Below the pieces are notes generated by a model. The model was given only the letters and a program-made list of their open reading frames with translations, was not told where the DNA came from and ran no database searches. From Candidatus Hodarchaeota archaeon (GTDB lineage: Archaea > Asgardarchaeota > Lokiarchaeia > Sigyniarchaeales > SOKP01): a stretch of 64,000 nucleotides of DNA. Below, piece after piece: positions 49,118 to 59,110 of this stretch. The position numbers and the translations under genes were made by a program. Every line of letters begins with the position of its first letter. Positions within the stretch are counted from its first letter, which is position 1. Location of the stretch: positions 327,532 through 391,531 of the forward strand of contig JBHLKM010000002.1 of assembly GCA_048886685.1 (NCBI GenBank), read 5' to 3'.

Positions 49118-50011
49118 TTGATAAAAATGATTTGGAATACAAGAATAACCAAAATGACGAATACGCAATACCCAATCATAATGGGGGCTTTTGCAATAAT
49201 AGGAAGGGCTGAGTTTGCTGCTGCATTCTCTAATGCTGGTGGATTGGGCATTATTACCGCGTTAAATTTTAGGACAAATGAAGAATTTCAAGCAGAAATC
49301 GAAAAAATGAAAAAATTAACAAATAAACCATTCGGTGTTAATTTCACTGTTTGGCCCCCCCAAGTTAGGCAGAGGAGCGCACGAGCTCAATCTGAAGAAT
49401 CCTATTTTGATTTTGTAGATATTGCCTTAGACGCAGGTGTTAAAGTCATTACTACCTCCGCTTATAAAGCAGCGGAAATTGGAAAGAAAGTACATGATGC
49501 GGGAGGTGTTTGGTTCCATAAAAGTGCTACAGTGAAACATGCTATGTCAGCAGAAAAACATGGTGCCGATGCTGTTACTATTGTAGGTCTTGAAGGTACT
49601 GGATTTAAAAACCCAAATCAAAACACTACCCTTGTTAATATGACTATGGCAAGGAAGTTATTAAAGATTCCCTTAATTGCAGCAGGCGGGATTGGGGATG
49701 CGAGAGGTTTTCTCGCAGCTTTGGCAATGGGTGCCGATGCGGTATGTTTTGGAAGTGCAATTATGGCAACAAAGGAAAGCCCCGCACCAGATGCATGGAA
49801 AAGGCAAGTACTGACCCAAGATATATTTGATGAAAAATTTTACAGAAAGATTTTCCACCTTGAGTTAAGAGATTCTGCAATTGGTTCAATGGCAGTTGGA
49901 CACGTGGATGAGGAAACTACGATTAACGAGTTCATACAGGGTATTGTAACAAATGCCGAAAAAATGCTTAGAAGTTGGGGTGTTGAAGGAGATCGATTTA
50001 GCACTATATAA
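49118..50011 (+). CDS. FabK/nitronate monooxygenase-family flavoprotein (no catalytic His)
   Basis: SNAGGLG, KPFGVN, IAAGGIGDARG; EGTGF at the EGGGH position. Confidence 0.85.
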   Translation: MIKMIWNTRITKMTNTQYPIIMGAFAIIGRAEFAAAFSNAGGLGIITALNFRTNEEFQAEIEKMKKLTNKPFGVNFTVWPPQVRQRSARAQSEESYFDFVDIALDAGVKVITTSAYKAAEIGKKVHDAGGVWFHKSATVKHAMSAEKHGADAVTIVGLEGTGFKNPNQNTTLVNMTMARKLLKIPLIAAGGIGDARGFLAALAMGADAVCFGSAIMATKESPAPDAWKRQVLTQDIFDEKFYRKIFHLELRDSAIGSMAVGHVDEETTINEFIQGIVTNAEKMLRSWGVEGDRFSTI

Positions 50012-50254
50012 AACCAGTACTAAAAAAAGTTAGTTTTCTATAATTATTGTACGTTACACTACTCAATTTCTTAAAAATTAATAGTATTCCTGCAAAAATT
50101 AAAGGCTAGCAAAATATTTTATATAGAGGTAAACATCAAGACCCAAAACGTACAAGAATGTAAGCTCTATTATAAACATATTAATAAAGTAAAATCAAAA
50201 CATTTTTTAATTAACGTATTAGTAATTCAATAAGAACCCAATAAATAAATTAAT

Positions 50255-52537
50255 ATGAATCCAGTATCTAATTCGAGAAAAGTATTGTTTATATGTCTAT
50301 TTTCAATGTTATTCCTATTTTTAACTCAAAATACTCAAACTGTGTCATCGTCAAATAATGATGTTCCTTTCCGTATTGATACTAAATTTGAAATGATTGA
50401 ATATTCAACTATAAAAGGCATCTATTCCAATACAAATACTATAAACCTTGAATTACCTTCACCTACATGGGAAATCGACGATATAGAGTTAAATTTTACA
50501 AACGTAGAATTTGGAATTGAAGTGAAAACAATTGAAGATAATATAAATGATAGCTTTGTTATACAAAAATTTGAAAATAATTATGGTTATGGTGTTCAAA
50601 TCGTTATTGATGATCCAACTGTTATTTATGGGGCATTAATATATGGAAACAATATATCAACTGAAAATAAACCTCTTTATGTTCAAATAAATGGATATAA
50701 TAATATTAGCAACTCTCCTAATAATATAGTATATGGAACGCCCAGTTTATTAAACATGTCTTATTCTTTAGCTCCATCATGGCACATACAGACTTTTCTT
50801 GAGCCAATTTTCCTTTCTGAAGGAAATTATTATCTTTTAATAGATGGTTCTGCTATAGGTGAAAGTCCTAAATCAAAGTATTATTGGTATTATAATAATG
50901 CCAATCCAAATTATCCTGAGCTAAATATATCTGAATATAATGGTGTGTCATGGACTGAAGGCGTACAAGGAACTCCTTTTCTTCATAAATTAATTCAAAA
51001 AGTGAATTATTCCTTTTTTCCTGAGGAAATTAAAATGACTGCTGAATTCGATGGCAACTCATTTGAAATATCGAATGGAGAACATCCAGGAAAAGGCTAT
51101 CTGAAGAAATCAAATATAAATTATCACCCAAAAAAAAAAAATGTTAAAATTGAAATAAAAAATAATAAGACAGAAAGCATAGATTTCAATCTAAATTATA
51201 ATCTTAATATCATCAACGAATTCTTGGCATCTAGCTTCCTAGAAATTAGATACAATACGAGCAATAATTGGTCAATTTTTCCTACCATAGAAAGATTTTC
51301 AGATAACCATTCTGTTAGATTTGATTATCCACATAACTGGTATGGTATAACAGTATTAAAAGATCAAAAAGATATAACTTCAGATGTTGTTATTGATTAT
51401 CAAAATAATAGTATTTTCATTACAAATACTACAATTGAGAATGGCGCTGAATGGGAAATACAAGCAAATTCTCCAAGTGTTGATTTTCAACTCAATACAA
51501 TAAAAACTAAGTTCATAGGAGGACAAAAACTACAATTTTCAATAGCAGCTCCAATTCTTGACGGGATTTATCATTTTATTTTATTAGATCTGTTGGGAAA
51601 TGAGATGAACCATTCAATAGTTATCATTCCTATAGATAATAATAAATTTTCATATGAAATCCCTCCCAATATACTTGAAGGAGATTATATAGCATATGTC
51701 TACTGGTATAATCAAACTGATGCTGGGGCTCAAACACAGGTGTTTTCTCTATCTCCATCATCCTCTCCTCAAGATTTTCCAATTTTCTTTATATTAGGAA
51801 TTGTATTAATTGGGGGATCAGTGATAGGAGGAGCTAGTTATTTTACAATTGTTGCAATTAAAAAAGTGCAAACTAAACATATTGATAAATTAAGGCTTGT
51901 TGTAGAAAAATGTAATGATATAATGAATCTAGAATACATTATCGTTTTAGATAAGAAATCTGGAATTGATGTGTATTCTGAAGCCTTTGTAGAAAAAGAA
52001 ATAGATCCTACCTTAATCTCAGGTTTCCTTCAGGCAATACAAAACTTTGGCAGTGAGGTACTTGGTGGGGCTAAAGATTCTCGCACTTTTAAAGTCGAAT
52101 ATCATAAATCAATAATTATAATGACCGAATTCGTTAACCTTAGATTAATTGTTATTTTGAAAGAAAGTCCGTCAAGGAATTTTATATATACAATTGAATC
52201 ATTAGCTTATGATATTTATAAAGATTATGGGGCATTATTTGAGAAATTTGATGGAGCTCTTAAAGAATTTCAAGGAATAAAAAAGTTGCTTGATCAACAT
52301 TTAAATATTTCATTTCTTTATCCGTTATCGATTGATTATTCAATGAAAATGAAAATAAGTCAAGCAGAAAAAGAAATGATTCAGAAAGCTCAAAAAATTA
52401 TGCATGAGAATAATTTGAATTTCTTTTATGCTCATCAACTCCTTCCTAAAAAAGCTTGTTCTCCAAAAGATTATGAGACAATCCTCCAACTAATACAGAA
52501 GCAAATTTTTCGCCCAATTGACGATGCTTCTAATTAA
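50255..52537 (+). CDS. Type I membrane protein: signal peptide, large extracellular region, one TM, cytoplasmic longin-like domain
   Basis: N-terminal hydrophobic signal; Asn/Ser-rich beta region; TM FPIFFILGIVLIGG; IIVLDKKSGIDVY...DPTLISGFLQAIQNFG. Confidence 0.7.
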   Translation: MNPVSNSRKVLFICLFSMLFLFLTQNTQTVSSSNNDVPFRIDTKFEMIEYSTIKGIYSNTNTINLELPSPTWEIDDIELNFTNVEFGIEVKTIEDNINDSFVIQKFENNYGYGVQIVIDDPTVIYGALIYGNNISTENKPLYVQINGYNNISNSPNNIVYGTPSLLNMSYSLAPSWHIQTFLEPIFLSEGNYYLLIDGSAIGESPKSKYYWYYNNANPNYPELNISEYNGVSWTEGVQGTPFLHKLIQKVNYSFFPEEIKMTAEFDGNSFEISNGEHPGKGYLKKSNINYHPKKKNVKIEIKNNKTESIDFNLNYNLNIINEFLASSFLEIRYNTSNNWSIFPTIERFSDNHSVRFDYPHNWYGITVLKDQKDITSDVVIDYQNNSIFITNTTIENGAEWEIQANSPSVDFQLNTIKTKFIGGQKLQFSIAAPILDGIYHFILLDLLGNEMNHSIVIIPIDNNKFSYEIPPNILEGDYIAYVYWYNQTDAGAQTQVFSLSPSSSPQDFPIFFILGIVLIGGSVIGGASYFTIVAIKKVQTKHIDKLRLVVEKCNDIMNLEYIIVLDKKSGIDVYSEAFVEKEIDPTLISGFLQAIQNFGSEVLGGAKDSRTFKVEYHKSIIIMTEFVNLRLIVILKESPSRNFIYTIESLAYDIYKDYGALFEKFDGALKEFQGIKKLLDQHLNISFLYPLSIDYSMKMKISQAEKEMIQKAQKIMHENNLNFFYAHQLLPKKACSPKDYETILQLIQKQIFRPIDDASN

Positions 52538-52734
52538 ATCTATCGTCTTATTTTTTTGATTTAAATTGTTTAACTGTTTACGTTCCTACTATGCATATTC
52601 CATTTCGGTGTAAATCTATTTATTATAATTATAAAATCCTAATAATTTGAAATTTAAATGAAGATATATTTTTATAATAGAATATAAATCGAAATATATA
52701 AGATAATAATTGACTTCTATTAAGTGAAAAAATT

Positions 52735-53706
52735 ATGATTAAGACGAAAGTAACTGAAATGTTAGGATGCAAATATCCTATAATTGCAGGGACCATGGCA
52801 AATATCTCTAATCCTGAATTTGTAGCAGCAGTAAGCAATGCTGGAGCTTGTGCTGTATTAGCAAGTGCAAATTACCAATCCCCAGAAGAACTTCGAGAAG
52901 CGATCAGAAAAACACAATCTTTAACTGATCAGCCATTTGCTGTAAATATAAACCTATTTCCTGCTATGATGCCACAAGAGAAATTGGAATTATATGTAGA
53001 AGCTACTCTTGATGAAGGTGTAAAAATAATCGAAACAAGTGGTCATAAGGCTCCAGCAGATCTGGTTCCAAAATTCAAAGAAGGGGGTGCTATTTGGATA
53101 CACAAGTGTGCTGGTGTCAGATATGCTAAAACAGGCGCAAGATTAGGTGCTGATATGATTACAGTTGTGGGATATGAAAACGGTGGTGCAACTGGAACTT
53201 TGGATATTGGTACTCTTGTAATGACTCCGTCGGTTGTGGATGCAATAGATGTACCAGTAATAGCAGGAGGTGGGGTGACAGATGGACGGGGACTTGCTGC
53301 GGTTCTTGCACTTGGTGCTGAAGGAGCTATCATGGGGACAAGAATGATGGCCACAAAAGAATGTCCACTCCATGATAATTTAAAACAAGCTTTTGTTCAA
53401 GCAGCTGAAACTGATACTCACTTAGTTATGCGCTCAATACGCAATACTCATAGAGTCTGGAGGAATAAAGCAGCAGAAAAAATAATTGAATTAGAATCTA
53501 AAAAGGCATCCCTTCAAGAAATTATACAAGTAGCATCTGGTCAGAATGCTTTAAAAATGTATAGAGAAGGAGATATAGATGCAGGTATGGTAAGTTGTGG
53601 TCAAGGTGTAGGATTAGTTAAGGATATCCCAACTGTAAAAGAATTACTTGATAGGATAATGCAAGAAGCAGAAGAAGTTATCCAAAGACTAAAAAAAATT
53701 TTCTAA
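52735..53706 (+). CDS. FabK/nitronate monooxygenase-family flavoprotein (no catalytic His)
   Basis: AAVSNAG, VIAGGGVTDGRG, GTR; ENGGA at the EGGGH position. Confidence 0.88.
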   Translation: MIKTKVTEMLGCKYPIIAGTMANISNPEFVAAVSNAGACAVLASANYQSPEELREAIRKTQSLTDQPFAVNINLFPAMMPQEKLELYVEATLDEGVKIIETSGHKAPADLVPKFKEGGAIWIHKCAGVRYAKTGARLGADMITVVGYENGGATGTLDIGTLVMTPSVVDAIDVPVIAGGGVTDGRGLAAVLALGAEGAIMGTRMMATKECPLHDNLKQAFVQAAETDTHLVMRSIRNTHRVWRNKAAEKIIELESKKASLQEIIQVASGQNALKMYREGDIDAGMVSCGQGVGLVKDIPTVKELLDRIMQEAEEVIQRLKKIF

Positions 53707-53793
53707 TACGTTCTTTTTTTTTAATTATTTTTAAATTTTACATTTAATGAATTTCAAGGTTATTAAGAATACATCTAAATTTGGAACGAAAAT

Positions 53794-54219
53794 ATGAATG
53801 AGAAATTAAAGGATTTTCACGTTGTAGTCGAGATGCCTGTACGATGGGGTGATATGGATGCAAGGGGTCATGTAAATAATACAATATATTACCGTTATTT
53901 TGAAAGTACAAGGATAGCTTTATTTCAATCATTGAATGTTTATGAAGAACCTACAACAGTACGTATAGGCCCAATCCTAGCTTATCAAGATTGTTATTAT
54001 AAAGCGCCATTGACGTATCCTGATACACTCTATATAGGGGCAAGAATAGTAAAATTAGAAGAATCAAAAATGATAATTAAACATACCATAATGAGTGAAA
54101 AATTAGGTAGGAAGGCCGCTGAGGGGGAAGCTCATATAGTTTGGTATGATTATGAAAATCAAAATAAAGCAATTATCCCAGAAGATTTAAAAGATAAAAT
54201 ATCAAAATTAAGGATTTGA
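53794..54219 (+). CDS. Acyl-CoA thioesterase (4HBT/YbgC-like)
   Basis: VRWGDMDARGHVNNTIYYRYFE. Confidence 0.92.
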   Translation: MNEKLKDFHVVVEMPVRWGDMDARGHVNNTIYYRYFESTRIALFQSLNVYEEPTTVRIGPILAYQDCYYKAPLTYPDTLYIGARIVKLEESKMIIKHTIMSEKLGRKAAEGEAHIVWYDYENQNKAIIPEDLKDKISKLRI

Positions 54220-54280
54220 AAATATATTAAAAAAAGAGAAATAATAAAGAAAAAAAAAAGACTTAAAACTCTTCACTTTA

Positions 54281-55324
54281 CTATTTTAGCATAGAGTTGT
54301 TTCTTTTAATTGCAGCTTCTGCTTCCTTGACTACTCTTGAAATAATATCGTCAACATCGTCAATACTATCAATAATACCTATTGATTGCCCAAGTAATAC
54401 GGCACCAGTTTCAGTATCTCCTTTATAAACCCTATCATAGGCACCAGCATCCTTTGCCATTTGCTCAAGAGTTAAAGACTTTTCATATGCAATCATTTCT
54501 TCTTTAGATTGAGGTGCAGGATGTTCTAAGGCATATTGATTTTTATATAAACGAATTGGACCAAATGAACCCGTGAAAAGTCCTGTATCTTGTGGTTTGC
54601 CCGGTGGTATTAATGCTTTATACTTCTCATGAAACTCACTTTGCTTGGAAGCGATAAAACGTGAACCCATAGCTATAGCTCCTGCGCCTAGCGATAAAGC
54701 TGCAGCTAACCCTTCTCCACTAGCAAAACCTCCACACGCAATTTTAGGTAAATCTGGAAAGAGCTTATTAATCTGTTGCAGTAATACAAGGGTACTTACT
54801 CTCTCGTAGGACTGATGACCTCCTCCTTCAGTACCAGTACACACTATTCCGTCTACCTTGGAATCTACGCATTTTTGGGCTAACCATACGGCTGGTGCGA
54901 CATGAAAGTGTTTTACCCCCGATTTTTCCCGTAATTCTTGAAAATTTTTTGATTCAGGTAAAATCCTTGAAGAACCAGCGGATGTTAACCAATAAATACA
55001 TTGTTCTCTCATTTTAGGATTGTTCATAACCATTTTAGGTACATCTGTACACATTTCTTTAACGCCGCGATTATTTCTTGAGGTAAGAAAATTAAGACCA
55101 AATGGCTTATCTGTATGTTCAACCATATATTCCAAGCTAGCTTTATGCTCTTTTACTGGATCTGTTCCTACTATATTAACATTTGACAATACTCCCAGAC
55201 CACCAGCTTCACTAACCGCTAAAGCCAAATCCCGGGTGTAGAAGGGTCCCATTGGAGCACTGAAAATTGGATGTTTTATCCCAAACATTTTTGTTATGTT
55301 AGTTTCGATCATTTTAAAAATCAC
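54281..55324 (-). CDS. FabK/nitronate monooxygenase-family flavoprotein
   Basis: HPIFSAPMG, AVSEAGGLG, EGGGH catalytic His, MGSRF. Confidence 0.88.
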   Translation of the reverse strand: MIFKMIETNITKMFGIKHPIFSAPMGPFYTRDLALAVSEAGGLGVLSNVNIVGTDPVKEHKASLEYMVEHTDKPFGLNFLTSRNNRGVKEMCTDVPKMVMNNPKMREQCIYWLTSAGSSRILPESKNFQELREKSGVKHFHVAPAVWLAQKCVDSKVDGIVCTGTEGGGHQSYERVSTLVLLQQINKLFPDLPKIACGGFASGEGLAAALSLGAGAIAMGSRFIASKQSEFHEKYKALIPPGKPQDTGLFTGSFGPIRLYKNQYALEHPAPQSKEEMIAYEKSLTLEQMAKDAGAYDRVYKGDTETGAVLLGQSIGIIDSIDDVDDIISRVVKEAEAAIKRNNSMLK

Positions 55325-55477
55325 CTTTACATGGAAAAATATTTAGAATTTTTAAAAGTTTATTATAATAGAAACGAAATCTATTGAAAAGAAAACAAAT
55401 TTTTTATCAAAATTTATTCAAGGATGCCTCTCTATTTATAATAGACTAAAAAATATTCTAGCTTACTTCAAAAAGAA

Positions 55478-56338
55478 TTGAAATTTATGGAATCTTATAC
55501 AATTAAAGAACCAGCAAGAGAGGAAATTATTAAAACTATTAAAGTAATGCTTTTATCATTTGGTAGACCACTTCTTAATAAATATGAGGAAGAAAGAAGG
55601 GTATGGACTAATTTAATTGATAATGAAATCGCAAAATTCCTTATTGCTGTAAAAGATGGAAATATAATTGGTTTAGGGGGCATTTTTTTATTTCAGAAAG
55701 TTGCAAGTATTGGCTATATGGGAGTATTACCGGAGCATAGAGATCAAGGTGTCGGAACAAAAATCTTTAAGAAATTGATGGAAATCGCTATGAATTCGGG
55801 ATACAAAACAATAAATCTTTACGCGTCGAAATTAGGTGAACCAATTTATAGAAAATATGGCTTTCAAGGGAGCTTTTCAGCTAATTTATACCTTTTGCCA
55901 AAAAAGGCACCCAAATTACAAATTAAGCATAAAACTATAAAGTATGTCTCGATATTTCCAGATTGGGCTTTAAAACTTGATTATAAAGCAATAGGATTTG
56001 ATAGATCTAATTATTTAAAGCTCAGAACTGCTCTTGGTTCGAAACTTTTAATCGTTGAAAATGAAGGTTATGGATTGATATCTAATGTATTATCTACTAT
56101 AAGGTTGGGACCTCTTATATCAACCAATGTAGAAACAGCAGCACACCTCGTTAGAGAGAGTTTACTCTTAGGTGCTGAAAGTATGATCATACTTCATCAT
56201 CCTTTATTTCATAATGACCTTATATCACTCATGAATCTAACTAAACATGGCGAACCGAATCTGAAAATGACTTATGGAGAAAGTCTTTCAAGGAAATTAG
56301 AATATCTCTATGCAATTGGCTCTTATTCAAAAGGATGA
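55478..56338 (+). CDS. GNAT acetyltransferase with C-terminal extension (YitH-like)
   Basis: MGVLPEHRDQGVG, GEPIYRKYGF, LD..AIGFDRS, RLGPL. Confidence 0.82.
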   Translation: MKFMESYTIKEPAREEIIKTIKVMLLSFGRPLLNKYEEERRVWTNLIDNEIAKFLIAVKDGNIIGLGGIFLFQKVASIGYMGVLPEHRDQGVGTKIFKKLMEIAMNSGYKTINLYASKLGEPIYRKYGFQGSFSANLYLLPKKAPKLQIKHKTIKYVSIFPDWALKLDYKAIGFDRSNYLKLRTALGSKLLIVENEGYGLISNVLSTIRLGPLISTNVETAAHLVRESLLLGAESMIILHHPLFHNDLISLMNLTKHGEPNLKMTYGESLSRKLEYLYAIGSYSKG

Positions 56339-56457
56339 AAATATCTCAAAAATTTATATTGAATAGATTGTTCAAGATTATAAAAAGAAATTTTGCTTTT
56401 TTTGTTGTGAGTTATATAGGAAATTAGTAAGTTTAATTAAAATTTAGTTATGAACTG

Positions 56458-57441
56458 ATGATCTGGCTAGGTGCATTATTCAGCTTTTTAGCAGTTTTAG
56501 CATGGGTAATAAGTACATTAGTTGTAAGCAAAGGAATAAAAGAATTAAAGGAAGGGTATAAAGATATTTTTAGTAAGTTTAAAGATTATTCAATTAAAAT
56601 AGAAATTATCTTTACTTATCTAGGAATTACTTTAATGACTGGCACTATACTTCTATCTATTACATTTATTCCATTGTTTATTCAATACAATTATGTATTC
56701 TCTGGATATTTGATTTTAGCTGGAATTTTTTCATTCAGTGCAGGTACTGGATTATATTATTTTTGCACTTTAGTTTATGAAAAAGCAGAGATTGCTTCAC
56801 AATTCTCTAGAGTTGGACCTTTCTTTAGCATAATTTTTGGAGTTTATATTTTTGGTGAGTTATTTAGTGTATTTGATTTGGTATCCCTAATTTTATTAGG
56901 TATTGGGATAGCTCTATTTTTTATATTCACCTGGACAGGAAAATTTGGGTTAATTGGTTTTTTCTTGGGAATTTTAACATCGTTGAGCTGGACTTCAGGC
57001 GGTATATTCATGAATCTTGCTTATTTAACAACCCCTTCAATTCAATTTAAACCCTTAGCTTATACACTAATCAGCCTTTTTTTCGGTTATATCTCATTGC
57101 TAATATTTAATTTGATAATTATGCTAATAAATAGAAAAAAGAAGAACAACGAGCGAATAGAGTTTCACCTTTTTAAAATTGAAAAATCTGTTGCTAAATA
57201 TTTTGTTCTCCATGGGATTTTAAGCACGTCAATTGGATTTACTCTGAATTTTTTTGGTATTTTTTATTTGGGTGTATCTGGGGCAGCCTTCATTATGAGT
57301 CTTTGGCCAATTCTTTCTTTACTAGTTGGATATTTATTATTTTCATCTTCTCCCGATTATTTAAGATATAAAAAACATTTAAAATGGTTATTCTTAATTG
57401 CTGTAATTTTATTAGGCGCTTCAATTATTTCAATTTTTTAA
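56458..57441 (+). CDS. DMT/EamA family transporter
   Basis: About 10 TM helices in two repeats; P.FS.IFG..IFGE. Confidence 0.75.
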   Translation: MIWLGALFSFLAVLAWVISTLVVSKGIKELKEGYKDIFSKFKDYSIKIEIIFTYLGITLMTGTILLSITFIPLFIQYNYVFSGYLILAGIFSFSAGTGLYYFCTLVYEKAEIASQFSRVGPFFSIIFGVYIFGELFSVFDLVSLILLGIGIALFFIFTWTGKFGLIGFFLGILTSLSWTSGGIFMNLAYLTTPSIQFKPLAYTLISLFFGYISLLIFNLIIMLINRKKKNNERIEFHLFKIEKSVAKYFVLHGILSTSIGFTLNFFGIFYLGVSGAAFIMSLWPILSLLVGYLLFSSSPDYLRYKKHLKWLFLIAVILLGASIISIF

Positions 57442-57503
57442 TGATATTGAAAAAAAAAAAGAGAGTAAGAATTAAGTTTTAATGAAATAAAATATATAAC
57501 TTT

Positions 57504-58604
57504 CTAATTTTTACTCGTAACAATAATTTCGAACATATCTTCTCCAGTTTTTGGGGGAACTACTTCTTTATCCTTTTTTCGAAGTCCAATTGCTTCACTT
57601 GGGCAAGATGGTATACAATTACCACATCCGAGACATCTTGTTAAATCTACTGTAGAAATTTCTTTTTCCTCATCAAGAATCATCGCATTAGTTTGACATT
57701 GTTCTACACAAGTTCCACATCCCTCACATAATTCAGTATCTATTACTGCATAATAATTACTAGCCCAAAAACTCACAGGATTCGGAACTGCTTGATGCAA
57801 TCTCAATATTCCACAACAACACTTACAACATGAACAGATAAAATCTGGATCCTGTGCGTTTGAGGGTTGCAATACAAGTCCTTCTTCTTCATTTTTACGC
57901 AGAATCTCAAGTGCTTCCTCCTTTGTAATCGCTCGACCAGATAATCGGCTAAGATTTCCACCTTCTACAAGATTTTTTGCACCATCACGTAAAGCCATAC
58001 ATGTTTCCGTTCTATCTGTCTTCTTACATGGTTCTCCCCGATTTTTAGCTCCCATTCTACAAACACAAGGAATTATTACAATTGGGTCAGTTGTAGTTTT
58101 AATGATATTTTCAATTTCATCATAGGTACCAATATGATGTTCTGGAACAATACTTTGTTCAATAGGAATAGTACGCATCTGAGGGACTTTTGATTTTATA
58201 AAAGACATCCAAAATAATCCATCGTTAGAGTATTCTTCCATAGCTTCGAGGAGCTCCCGAGAAGGATTAAAAGCTGCAGCTTCACCCATTCCGACAATAT
58301 AAGGAATATTGCGATATTGTTTTACACCATTTTTATTTCTATAACCAATAATCCCTCGACTTGCCGTAGCATCAAGAATCCTTTCTACATCTTCGATAGA
58401 ATAACCAAGGTCTTTCGCACGATCATGGATCTCTGAGAGAGATTCATACTTATAAGTTAATATCATCGCCATTTTAGCTTGTTCGGGTGGAAAGAGTTGT
58501 TTGAGTAAACGGATGTCAGAACCTGATTTTGTGGCAGGGAAGCCTACTGTCTGTTTATCAAGATGAATTTGTAGATTCCGGTAAATATCTTCACTTTCAC
58601 TCAT
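57504..58604 (-). CDS. 4Fe-4S dicluster protein with N-terminal HTH-like region
   Basis: PCVCR, ICSCCKCCCG, CEGCGTCVEQC, CLGCGNCIPSCP. Confidence 0.85.
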   Translation of the reverse strand: MSESEDIYRNLQIHLDKQTVGFPATKSGSDIRLLKQLFPPEQAKMAMILTYKYESLSEIHDRAKDLGYSIEDVERILDATASRGIIGYRNKNGVKQYRNIPYIVGMGEAAAFNPSRELLEAMEEYSNDGLFWMSFIKSKVPQMRTIPIEQSIVPEHHIGTYDEIENIIKTTTDPIVIIPCVCRMGAKNRGEPCKKTDRTETCMALRDGAKNLVEGGNLSRLSGRAITKEEALEILRKNEEEGLVLQPSNAQDPDFICSCCKCCCGILRLHQAVPNPVSFWASNYYAVIDTELCEGCGTCVEQCQTNAMILDEEKEISTVDLTRCLGCGNCIPSCPSEAIGLRKKDKEVVPPKTGEDMFEIIVTSKN

Positions 58605-58873
58605 TTTAAATATCTCTAAATTATTATAAATTCCTCTAATGATTATTTAAATACTATAGAGCAATCGTTTTTCAAGGATTAAAGATATAATTAATTTCTT
58701 AGATTATAAATTTGATCATTCCTATAGTTCCTTTACAGAATTGTCCAATTTCAACTCTTGACATATTAATATGACATATGAATTATATTCCAACTCCAAA
58801 TTTTTTCTTTATATTGATTTATAAACAGATTAACTTATAGATCTTTTAGGAATCAAATTAGTTAATATAGCAA

Positions 58874-59070
58874 ATGGATTATTCAGCAACTTTTTTTGAG
58901 ATGCTTAAGGTTCTTCAGCGAACTTACAGAAAATTCCCTAAATTTATGATTGAAATTATGGCATTCCTATTAAAGAAGTTAAGCCATTGCTAAACAAATT
59001 CAGGAAAGAAGGGATTTTGCTTATAATGAAAGATGAAGGGTATACTTTTACTCTGAATAAGAATATATAG
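58874..59070 (+). pseudogene. Frameshifted small winged-helix-like protein
   Basis: MDYSATFFEMLKVLQRTYRKFPKFMIEIM / shifted YGIPIKEVKPLLNKFRKEGILLIMKDEGYTFTLNKNI*. Confidence 0.45.
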
Positions 59071-59110
59071 ATTTTTTAATCTTAGAGAATATTTGAAAAA
59101 AAAAATTTTG

